DNA of 32,000 bases from NCBI RefSeq assembly GCF_030068445.1, contig NZ_JAQPOK010000012.1, positions 1-32,000 on the forward strand. The letters run 5' to 3'. Made by a program: the position numbers and the translations under genes. Numbering within the stretch: the stretch's first letter is position 1; each line of letters begins with the position of its first letter. The notes below the pieces were generated by a model. The model saw nothing but the letters and a program-made list of their open reading frames with translations, made no database searches and was not told the origin of the DNA. Of the stretch, positions 15,705 to 22,896 are shown piece after piece. The DNA comes from Roseofilum halophilum BLCC-M91. Lineage in GTDB: Bacteria > Cyanobacteriota > Cyanobacteriia > Cyanobacteriales > Desertifilaceae.

Positions 15705-15746
15705 CTGACATTTGCCTTACTTTTTGATTACTTTTTGCTACTGACA
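15705..15746. promoter_or_regulatory. Operator-like repeat architecture in a divergent promoter region
   Basis: The arrangement is CTGACA (15705-15710), N6, TTACTTTTTG (15717-15726), a, TTACTTTTTG (15728-15737), cta, CTGACA (15741-15746). A TATAAT lies at 15784-15789 and an AGGAGG at 15839-15844, 9 nt before the TTG start at 15854. Confidence 0.3.
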
Positions 15747-15853
15747 GAGTGAGCATAAACAATTATCCTTTTAGAGGGGAGTATATAATCATACAGAAAA
15801 TCCTTCTAATTTCAACATTCTAATGTCCTTCTTGACTCAGGAGGCTTGCTACC

Positions 15854-16489
15854 TTGGATATCTTGATCAAATTGATTACGCCAGGCCCTTTTGCTTTGCC
15901 TTCAGGCTTTGGTCTTCGCGTTGTCAGTAGCTGGTTTGTTTCTCACTTTATTTTGACATTTGTAATTGCTTTTTTTGCTATAGTTTCAGGTGATCTAAAA
16001 GATCCAGATTTCGGTTATCTAGCTTACAATGGAAGCCTATTTGGAGTCGCGCTGTGTTTTTATGGGTTACTGGGAATAGCTATAGATTATATGCGAGGGA
16101 ACCGACCTTATTATCCGGGATGGTATTGGTATTTATACCCTTGGATTTCAGCATTTTATGTGGTGATATTATTGGTGATCTTTCTACTATCCCTTTTGGG
16201 GGTGAGTTTACCAGAACAACAAACTAGGAAGCTCACTAGAGATCGGTTACATCAAGCTCTTGAACAATCCTCTCTCCAAGATTTATTAGAGAATTATGGT
16301 AATGCATTTGAAGAACTAAAAAAAAGAGAGCAAGCAGGAAAGCTCGATCCGGCTCAAGCAGAGGTTGTCAGAAAGTTGAGGACTTTTGATCGCTCGAAGT
16401 ATGATAGAAAGATCACCTCGCTGTTGAGTCAGGAAGAATTTAAAAGACTATTTATCCTGATGTTGATTGTAATGTTGATAGAGGAATAA
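15854..16489 (+). CDS. Multi-pass membrane protein with a cytoplasmic helical C-terminal half
   Basis: The TTG start is preceded by a perfect AGGAGG. There are three clear hydrophobic helices (FVSHFILTFVIAFFAIVSG; SLFGVALCFYGLLGIAIDY; ISAFYVVILLVIFLLSLLGV), a charged helical region and a short hydrophobic tail. No family is recognised. Confidence 0.6.
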   Translation: MDILIKLITPGPFALPSGFGLRVVSSWFVSHFILTFVIAFFAIVSGDLKDPDFGYLAYNGSLFGVALCFYGLLGIAIDYMRGNRPYYPGWYWYLYPWISAFYVVILLVIFLLSLLGVSLPEQQTRKLTRDRLHQALEQSSLQDLLENYGNAFEELKKREQAGKLDPAQAEVVRKLRTFDRSKYDRKITSLLSQEEFKRLFILMLIVMLIEE

Positions 16490-16491
16490 CC

Positions 16492-17121
16492 ATGGGATTT
16501 CAACTGTTTAAAATGAATGTACCGCGCAATAGCCCTATTTTAAAACATCTCAGTATTCAGCCGGGCAAGTATATATTGAAATGGGACAACGTTAATGGTG
16601 ATTTAATATTTTTGTCTCAAAGGGGTACAGAAAAGCTTGCCTTAAAACTGTCCCCTGAAGAATTTAAAATGATGCAATTAATGATGGACAATCTCACAGA
16701 TAAGTACACATTTGATGAAGAGAAGCTAAAAGAATTTGTTAAACGTTCAGGAGGATTTTCATCAAAGGTAAAAGATTATGTAGGGCATCATATAATCCCT
16801 CTAGACTTATTCAAGACTAGCAAGTTACTCTTGGCAGTAAGTCCAAATAATAAAAAGGGGAACCCAATCCATATTAATTTTTATGAGAACCACCCTGCTA
16901 ATCGTCTTCCATTACCAGCTACTTTTCATAAGGGGTCACATGGTTCGTACAGTAACTTCGTTGAAGACTGCCTAGAAGGTGAATGGTCTGATATTGTTAA
17001 GTTTGGGTTGGAAAACGATAGGTCTCACATTGTAGAGATCATATATCAAATCATTATTTTTCTGAAAGATAAGATCCGGGAAATGCGAAAAGATGGGTTA
17101 GTTTCAATTAATGATATTTAG
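16492..17121 (+). CDS. Stand-alone HNH/EndoVII-superfamily nuclease, AHH-like
   Basis: The ATG lies 2 nt after the upstream stop, with GAGGA upstream. The motif string VGHHIIP...NHPANRLPLP..FHKGSHGSYSNFV matches the AHH-family pattern (xHH-I-I/V-P ... N..LP ... H.GSH..Y). The N-terminal ~90 aa are unrecognised. Confidence 0.55.
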   Translation: MGFQLFKMNVPRNSPILKHLSIQPGKYILKWDNVNGDLIFLSQRGTEKLALKLSPEEFKMMQLMMDNLTDKYTFDEEKLKEFVKRSGGFSSKVKDYVGHHIIPLDLFKTSKLLLAVSPNNKKGNPIHINFYENHPANRLPLPATFHKGSHGSYSNFVEDCLEGEWSDIVKFGLENDRSHIVEIIYQIIIFLKDKIREMRKDGLVSINDI

Positions 17122-17122
17122 G

Positions 17123-17156
17123 GGGAAATGTCCCCAAGTCATGGCTTAAGCTTCTA
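17123..17156 (+). repeat. Right copy of the ~33-bp imperfect direct repeat
   Basis: See 13818-13850. This copy directly abuts the DUF2237 gene-tail fragment. Confidence 0.6.
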
Positions 17157-17157
17157 C

Positions 17158-17238
17158 ATCAACAGTATATTCTTTCAGCAATTCTAAGGAAATCACCGCT
17201 AAGGTGTTGAGATGGGTAGCGGATAGGACGACAGGTGG
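17158..17238 (-). pseudogene. 27-codon fragment of a DUF2237 paralogue (3' end only)
   Basis: The minus-strand translation PPVVLSATHLNTLAVISLELLKEYTVD aligns with PPVVLSATHFNTLATIPLELLKEYAVD at the C-terminus of the intact gene at 18314-18691. Nucleotide identity is ~80% by eye. Confidence 0.7.
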
Positions 17239-17250
17239 TAGATAAAAACC

Positions 17251-17298
17251 AGCGATCGCACTCAAACCGCTATCCTGATAAATACCAAGTTTTCCTAA
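17251..17298 (+). pseudogene. 15-codon fragment of a LuxR/NarL response-regulator gene tail
   Basis: [15 protein letters not shown] aligns with [15 protein letters not shown] at the end of the intact regulator (stop at 20275-20277). Similarity continues ~20 nt past the stop. Confidence 0.65.
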
Positions 17299-17317
17299 AG
17301 CCACTCAGGGACAAGCA

Positions 17318-18277
17318 ATGACCGATTATGACTCCCCCTGGAAAGAAGCCATCTCTCTCTACTTTCCCGAATTCATGCGCTTCTTCTTCCCCAACATTGC
17401 CACAGACATCAACTGGAGTCGAGGATTTCAATTCCTCGACACCGAACTCCAGAAAATCAAGCGGGAAACCGAAACTGGGCGACGAGAGGCCGATAAACTC
17501 GTCCAAGTTTGGCAACATAATGGACAAGAAACCTGGGTTTTACTCCACATCGAAGTTCAATCTCAGCCCCAATCCGAATTTGCCGAACGCATGTATATTT
17601 ACAACTCTAGGCTCTTCGACACCTATCGTCGGCAAGTCGTCAGTTTAGCTGTCTTAGCCGACGAACGCCCCTCCTGGCGACCCCATCGCTACAAACGAAA
17701 ACTGTGGGGATGCAAATCGAGCTTAAACTTTCCCATCGTTAAGCTTCTGGACTACAATACGAGTGAATTAGACAGCAACCGAAACCCCTTTGCCGCCATA
17801 GTTCAGGCCCATAGAGCAGCTCAAGCGATGGGAAAGAACCCAGAAAAGGGCTATCAGAACAAACTCAGGTTAGTCAAAAGTCTCTATGAACGGGGATTAT
17901 CCCGCAAGGATATAGTAGAGCTATTTAGGCTCATCGACTGGCTGATGGAACTTCCAGAACCAGAAGAGCGGCGATTATGGACAGAACTGGAAACCTTAGA
18001 GAAGGAGAAAGTCATGCCTTATATTACCAGTGTTGAACGCTTTGGCATTGAGAAAGGACGTGCTGAGGAACGACAAGAATCTATCCTTCGGATCTTGGAA
18101 GTTCGTTTTGTGGAGGTTCCAGACGAGTTAAAAGAGCAAGTGAGGAAAATCGCCAGCTTGGAAGTGCTGGCAGAATTGTTGACTCAAGCTGTAACAGTCG
18201 AGTCTTTGCCGTCTTTCCAAACAGTAATTGATGAAGTGGCTACGTCAGTACAAGAGCCAGATCGCCGAGAAGAGTGA
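17318..18277 (+). CDS. Rpn-family recombination-promoting nuclease / PD-(D/E)XK putative transposase (intact)
   Basis: DSPWKEAISLYFPEFMRFFFP...ETGRREADKLVQVWQHNGQETWVLLHIEVQSQ is the classic N-terminal nuclease core of cyanobacterial Rpn/YhgA-like proteins. The C-terminal tail is helical and DUF4351-like. Confidence 0.85.
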   Translation: MTDYDSPWKEAISLYFPEFMRFFFPNIATDINWSRGFQFLDTELQKIKRETETGRREADKLVQVWQHNGQETWVLLHIEVQSQPQSEFAERMYIYNSRLFDTYRRQVVSLAVLADERPSWRPHRYKRKLWGCKSSLNFPIVKLLDYNTSELDSNRNPFAAIVQAHRAAQAMGKNPEKGYQNKLRLVKSLYERGLSRKDIVELFRLIDWLMELPEPEERRLWTELETLEKEKVMPYITSVERFGIEKGRAEERQESILRILEVRFVEVPDELKEQVRKIASLEVLAELLTQAVTVESLPSFQTVIDEVATSVQEPDRREE

Positions 18278-18313
18278 TGTTTCTGTCTTCAACAATCTGA
18301 CGATCGATGGTTT

Positions 18314-18691
18314 TCAATCAACCGCATACTCTTTCAGCAATTCTAAGGGGATCGTGGCTAAGGTGTTGAAATGAGTAGCCGATAGAACCACGGGAGGCGC
18401 AACCCCAGCTTCGAGGGCTTCTTTCCAACGGGAGGCACATAAACACCAGCGATCGCCACTTTTAAGCCCCGGAAACCCATAGATCGGTACAGGGGTACTG
18501 AGGTCATTGCCCTGCTTGCGGGTATAATCCAGAAATTCATCCGTCACTTGGGCACAAACCACATGCAGACCGAAATCTCCCGGCCCGGTTTCGCAATATC
18601 CGGTGCGGTAATATCCCGTCATGGGGTCAGTGCAACAGGGTTGTAAGGGTTCACCGAATACGTTTTTGGCTTCAGATTGGGTTTCAGACAT
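18314..18691 (-). CDS. DUF2237 family protein
   Basis: NVFGEPLQPCCTDPMTGYYRTGYCETGPGDFGLHVVCAQVTDEFL is the conserved Cys-rich DUF2237 pattern. Confidence 0.85.
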   Translation of the reverse strand: MSETQSEAKNVFGEPLQPCCTDPMTGYYRTGYCETGPGDFGLHVVCAQVTDEFLDYTRKQGNDLSTPVPIYGFPGLKSGDRWCLCASRWKEALEAGVAPPVVLSATHFNTLATIPLELLKEYAVD

Positions 18692-18836
18692 GGGGGTTAA
18701 TGGAGTCGCTTTTGGGTTTATTTTAATCCTTCGTCAAGAGTTATGGATCTGTACCTGATTCAGCTACAATTCTAGGGGATCATTTCCTCACCCCCGATTA
18801 CCCATTACTGATTACCAGCGCCAAGCGCTATAGTTG

Positions 18837-19628
18837 ATGAAAGTTGCCACTTGGAATGTTAACTCTATCCGTACCCGACTCGATATTGTTGTTAATTGGC
18901 TGCGGGAAAACCCGGTAGATGTGTTGGGGTTGCAGGAAACAAAGGTGATTGACGAACTGTTTCCGCGATCGCCCTTTGAAGAGGCAGGATATCATGTTTA
19001 TGTCTCTGGCCAAAAATCCTATAATGGTGTCGCCCTGATTACGCGATCGCCCCTTTCCGATGTCAGTACCGGTTTTACCCCCATTTTAGGCGCGGATCGG
19101 GTAGGAGAGTTTGACGAACAAAAGCGTTTAATTACCGGAGTCTTAGATAATATCCGCATTATCACCGTTTATGTGCCCAATGGCGGCGACTTTGAAAGTG
19201 ATAAATATTTCTATAAATTAGATTGGCTCTCGCTTCTACAAGATTATCTCGATATCCTCCTCAAACGCCATCCCCAAGGCCTATGTATTAGTGGTGATTT
19301 TAACATCGTTCCAGAAGATCGAGATGTGCATTTTGAAGTCTCCCCCAATAGCCAAAAAACCGGTATAACTCCCAAGGAAAGGGAAGCATTGCAACGGATT
19401 CTCAAATTGGGATTAGCCGATGCTTTCCGTAAATTCAACCAAGAAGAAGGTCAATATACTTGGTGGGATTATCGTCAAAATTCCTTTAAGCGTCAGCGAG
19501 GGTGGCGGATCGATCATCACTATTTATCGGCTCCATTAGGCGATCGCGCTTCAAGCTGTATCATCGATATCGCCCCTCGACATTTGACGAAACCGAGCGA
19601 TCATACTCCCGTAATTGTGGAGTTTTAA
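18837..19628 (+). CDS. xth: Exodeoxyribonuclease III
   Basis: [15 protein letters not shown]...LQETK...VYVPNG...WWDYR...RIDH...PSDHTPV are the ExoIII/AP-endonuclease motifs. The ATG at 18837 is preferred over the TTG at 18834. Confidence 0.9.
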   Translation: MKVATWNVNSIRTRLDIVVNWLRENPVDVLGLQETKVIDELFPRSPFEEAGYHVYVSGQKSYNGVALITRSPLSDVSTGFTPILGADRVGEFDEQKRLITGVLDNIRIITVYVPNGGDFESDKYFYKLDWLSLLQDYLDILLKRHPQGLCISGDFNIVPEDRDVHFEVSPNSQKTGITPKEREALQRILKLGLADAFRKFNQEEGQYTWWDYRQNSFKRQRGWRIDHHYLSAPLGDRASSCIIDIAPRHLTKPSDHTPVIVEF

Positions 19629-19641
19629 GCCCTATTTTTTT

Positions 19642-20277
19642 ATGATCCGAGTATTATTAGTAGACGATCAAAGCTTAGTCCGAGAAGGGTTATGTAGCCT
19701 TCTACAAACCAAAACCGATCTCGAAGTAATTGGAGCTGCTGAAAATGGAAAAATTGCCCTTGAACAAGCCATATCTTTACAACCGGATGTGATATTGATG
19801 GATGTGCGGATGCCTGTGATGGACGGCGTTGCCGCTACGAAAGCCTTGCAAGAACACTGTCCCCAGATTAAGGTTTTAGTCTTAACGACCTTTGACGATG
19901 ATGAGTATGTCACCCAAGCCGTGCGCTATGGCGCGAAGGGCTATTTATTAAAGGATACACCTTCAGAAGATTTAGCCGAAGCCATTCGAGCTGTTCATAA
20001 AGGCTACACCCATTTAGGGCCAGGATTGTTAGAAAAAATGCTCGCCAGTCAACCCGAACCAGAAGTGAATTCAGCGCCACCAGAATTGCAACTGTTAACT
20101 CCAAGGGAACAGGAAGTCTTGAAGCTTATTGGTGCAGGGTATAGTAACCGAGAAATTGCCCAAACCTTGTATATTTCCGAGCGCACGGTGAAAAATCATG
20201 TCGCGAATATCTTAAGTCGGCTCAATGTCCGCGATCGCACTCAAGCTGCTATTTTGATCAATACCAAATTTTCCTAA
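19642..20277 (+). CDS. NarL/FixJ-type response regulator (REC + LuxR HTH)
   Basis: The receiver domain is [10 protein letters not shown]...[10 protein letters not shown]...LTTF. The HTH is [40 protein letters not shown]. The start is set at the internal ATG at 19642. Confidence 0.9.
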   Translation: MIRVLLVDDQSLVREGLCSLLQTKTDLEVIGAAENGKIALEQAISLQPDVILMDVRMPVMDGVAATKALQEHCPQIKVLVLTTFDDDEYVTQAVRYGAKGYLLKDTPSEDLAEAIRAVHKGYTHLGPGLLEKMLASQPEPEVNSAPPELQLLTPREQEVLKLIGAGYSNREIAQTLYISERTVKNHVANILSRLNVRDRTQAAILINTKFS

Positions 20278-20304
20278 AACCCCTCATCGACAGAAAGAGT
20301 CAAG

Positions 20305-20808
20305 TTAACTGAGTTTTTTCACCATCCAAGTGGACAGGGGTTGGAAGCCTAACTTATCGTACAAGGCGATCGCCGCTTGATTTTGACGAAAGACTTGCAG
20401 ACTAATTTGCTGCTCTCCCCGCTCCTTGGCGTAAGTTTCCGCTTGCTCCATCAGTGCCGAACCCAGACCTTGGCGGCGGTGTTCCGGTAGGATATAGAGG
20501 AGGAAAATATGGGTATGTTGCTGTCCATTCACCTGATCGACTGCGTTGCCCATCCATAAACAGCCAATGGGTTGAGAGCGGGGAGTCGAAGAGAGGAAAT
20601 CAGAAATTTGCGGATCTTCCACTTTCTCCACCCACCAGAGGGGAGTCGTCTGGGCAAAATGTAACTCGATCGCCTGATTTAAATGGGAAAAATCCTGTCC
20701 CGGAAACAACTCCTCATAGGTTTTGTGCATAAAGCTAATTAGCATGTCGCGCTCCATCACCCATCCGGCGCGAATGCGATAGCCTGGAATCAATTCATTT
20801 TGTGCCAT
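20305..20808 (-). CDS. GNAT-family N-acetyltransferase
   Basis: The acetyl-CoA binding motif is RRQGLGSALMEQAETYAKERG, followed by LQVFRQNQAAIALYDKLGF. Confidence 0.85.
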   Translation of the reverse strand: MAQNELIPGYRIRAGWVMERDMLISFMHKTYEELFPGQDFSHLNQAIELHFAQTTPLWWVEKVEDPQISDFLSSTPRSQPIGCLWMGNAVDQVNGQQHTHIFLLYILPEHRRQGLGSALMEQAETYAKERGEQQISLQVFRQNQAAIALYDKLGFQPLSTWMVKKLS

Positions 20809-20881
20809 TTACCAACGAGAAACTCAGAGTCAAACTCTATCCTAGGGCAAAACTGTACCCTATTACCCTTGTGCCGCCCAT

Positions 20882-21274
20882 TCATGTCCGTGAAGCTCGA
20901 AGGGCTATATGTTGTTTCAGCACATCTAAACGAGAAATATCCCAAGTATCGATATGGGAGCAAATTAAGCCATTTTCATTGATTTTGAGTTCGCTCGATC
21001 CAGGAATAGAAATACGGGGTTTCCAGGGGAGGGGAGTATTCCAGTGCAATGTCCATCGGGTGTGGATAGTGTTTCCATCTTGCTCGATGTGATGTAAGTC
21101 CATTTTGATATTGAAGAACCAGCGTTCCATCAAGGAGATCATCTGCTGATAGCGATCGCCTCCCCGAAATTCGGTCATTGGATCTTTAAAATACACATTT
21201 TCTGCGTAAATATCATAATTTTGATTGACCGGAAACCGTTCATAGTCTGCTTTGAGAATATCAATTATTTCCAT
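20882..21274 (-). CDS. DUF2358 / NTF2-like protein
   Basis: DYERFPVNQNYDIYAENVYFKDPMTEFRGGDRYQQMI resembles the DUF2358 family as I recall it. Confidence 0.6.
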   Translation of the reverse strand: MEIIDILKADYERFPVNQNYDIYAENVYFKDPMTEFRGGDRYQQMISLMERWFFNIKMDLHHIEQDGNTIHTRWTLHWNTPLPWKPRISIPGSSELKINENGLICSHIDTWDISRLDVLKQHIALRASRT

Positions 21275-21361
21275 AGAACTAGCGCTTTCTTCTGGTAGTT
21301 GTATAATTACAGAGAAATAGTATGCATTGAAAACCTAACCTCGCGATCGCACAGATTCACC

Positions 21362-22405
21362 ATGGTTGCCTTGTCTCCAGAACTGCAAGCTCGACTCTCG
21401 TCCCCCCTGAAAATTGGCACGGTAGAAGTCAACTCTAGGGTATTACAATCGCCCCTATCGGGGGTGACGGATTTGGTCTTTCGTCGCTTAGTGCGTCGCT
21501 ATGCTCCCAGTTCCATGATGTATACGGAAATGGTGAATGCTACGGGATTGCATTATGTGCGGGAGTTGCCAAAACTGATGGAAGTAGACCCCCACGAGCG
21601 CCCCATTAGTATTCAGCTCTTTGACTGTCGGCCGGATTTTTTGTCCGAGGCGGCACAGATGGCGGTGGAAGAAGGGGCCGATACGGTAGATATTAACATG
21701 GGCTGTCCCGTGAATAAGATTACTAAAAATGGGGGGGGTTCCTCCTTGTTACGAGAGCCGGAAGTAGCCGAGGCGATCGTGCGGGAAGTGGTGGCAGCCG
21801 TTGAGGTTCCGGTAACCGTAAAAACCCGGATTGGCTGGTCAAATCAGGAAATTAATATTTTGGAGTTTGCCCAACGGATGCAGGATGCGGGAGCGCAGAT
21901 GTTGACCCTCCACGGCCGCACTCGGGCCCAGGGGTATAATGGGCCGGCCCGTTGGGAATGGATCGCGAAGGTGAAGGAAGTTTTGTCGATTCCGGTGATT
22001 GCCAATGGGGATATTTTTTCCGTGGAAGCGGCGGTGCGTTGTTTGGAGGAAACGAAAGCGGATGGGGTGATGTGTTCGCGGGGAACGTTGGGGTATCCGT
22101 TTTTGGTAGGCGAGATTGATTATTTTTTGAAGACAGGGGAAATCTTACCCCAACCGACGGCGATCGAGCGCTTAGAATGTGCCAAGGAGCATTTGCGGGC
22201 ATTGTATGAGTATAAGGGCGATCGCGGCATTCGTCAGGCCCGTAAACACATGACCTGGTACGCCAAAGAGTTCTATGGTGCCGGAGAATTGCGGGGTAAG
22301 TTAGCCCGGATAGAATCGGTGGAAGACGGGGTAACCTTATTAGAAGGGGCGATCGCCAAACTGATAGAATTAGACCTCGATCCAGCTCCTGTATCCGTGG
22401 GCTAG
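21362..22405 (+). CDS. dusB: tRNA-dihydrouridine synthase
   Basis: LQSPLSGVTDLVFRRL, VDINMGCPV.KI, TVKTRIGW, LTLHGRTR and ANGDI are Dus-family motifs. The ATG at 21362 is preferred over the TTG at 21299. Confidence 0.9.
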   Translation: MVALSPELQARLSSPLKIGTVEVNSRVLQSPLSGVTDLVFRRLVRRYAPSSMMYTEMVNATGLHYVRELPKLMEVDPHERPISIQLFDCRPDFLSEAAQMAVEEGADTVDINMGCPVNKITKNGGGSSLLREPEVAEAIVREVVAAVEVPVTVKTRIGWSNQEINILEFAQRMQDAGAQMLTLHGRTRAQGYNGPARWEWIAKVKEVLSIPVIANGDIFSVEAAVRCLEETKADGVMCSRGTLGYPFLVGEIDYFLKTGEILPQPTAIERLECAKEHLRALYEYKGDRGIRQARKHMTWYAKEFYGAGELRGKLARIESVEDGVTLLEGAIAKLIELDLDPAPVSVG

Positions 22406-22479
22406 TTTTCTCCAGTTTCCGGGAGATCGGCCGCAGTAGTGTGTATTCTCAAGAATGGCATTTAGACAGGAATGTGGTT

Positions 22480-22869
22480 ATGAAAGCGCTAAAAATGGTG
22501 GCTTTAGTTGGAGGAGTGGCGATCGCCACCCTCACCGGAGCAATGGTCGCCACCAACCCCAAATCCCCCAACTATGAAGAATTTGCCTCCCAACAGTTAG
22601 TCGAATATCTGCAAGAAAACGTTTGCGACAAAACCAACCAAACCCTCGGTAACATCCTGCAACAATCTTGTGATAACTTCCTCCAAGAGGCTCGACCCCA
22701 ACTGCAAACCATCATTGCCCAACGCACCGAACGCCAAAACTATATACTATTCAGTATCTATCGAACTAACCTTTCAGTTGCCGCCTTTCTGCCTGCCTAC
22801 GAATTTGAAACCCTAGGGGTTTTTTCCAATTTCCATATCTTAAAGGCAGAAGAAACATCAGCCCCATAA
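22480..22869 (+). CDS. Small membrane-anchored protein (DUF4359-like)
   Basis: It has an N-terminal TM helix (MKALKMVALVGGVAIATLTGAMVA) and NPKSPNYEEFASQQL. The start is set at the ATG at 22480. The family assignment is from memory only. Confidence 0.55.
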   Translation: MKALKMVALVGGVAIATLTGAMVATNPKSPNYEEFASQQLVEYLQENVCDKTNQTLGNILQQSCDNFLQEARPQLQTIIAQRTERQNYILFSIYRTNLSVAAFLPAYEFETLGVFSNFHILKAEETSAP

Positions 22870-22896
22870 CGTCATCTTCCTAGTCAGGATACTCCC

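Noticed and set aside
17241-17262. A possible continuation of the DUF2237 fragment through gtagataaaaaccagcgatcgcact, aligned to 18434-18459.
   Set aside because: The match is driven by a shared HIP1 site. The segment is better explained as the start of the response-regulator tail fragment ([15 protein letters not shown]).
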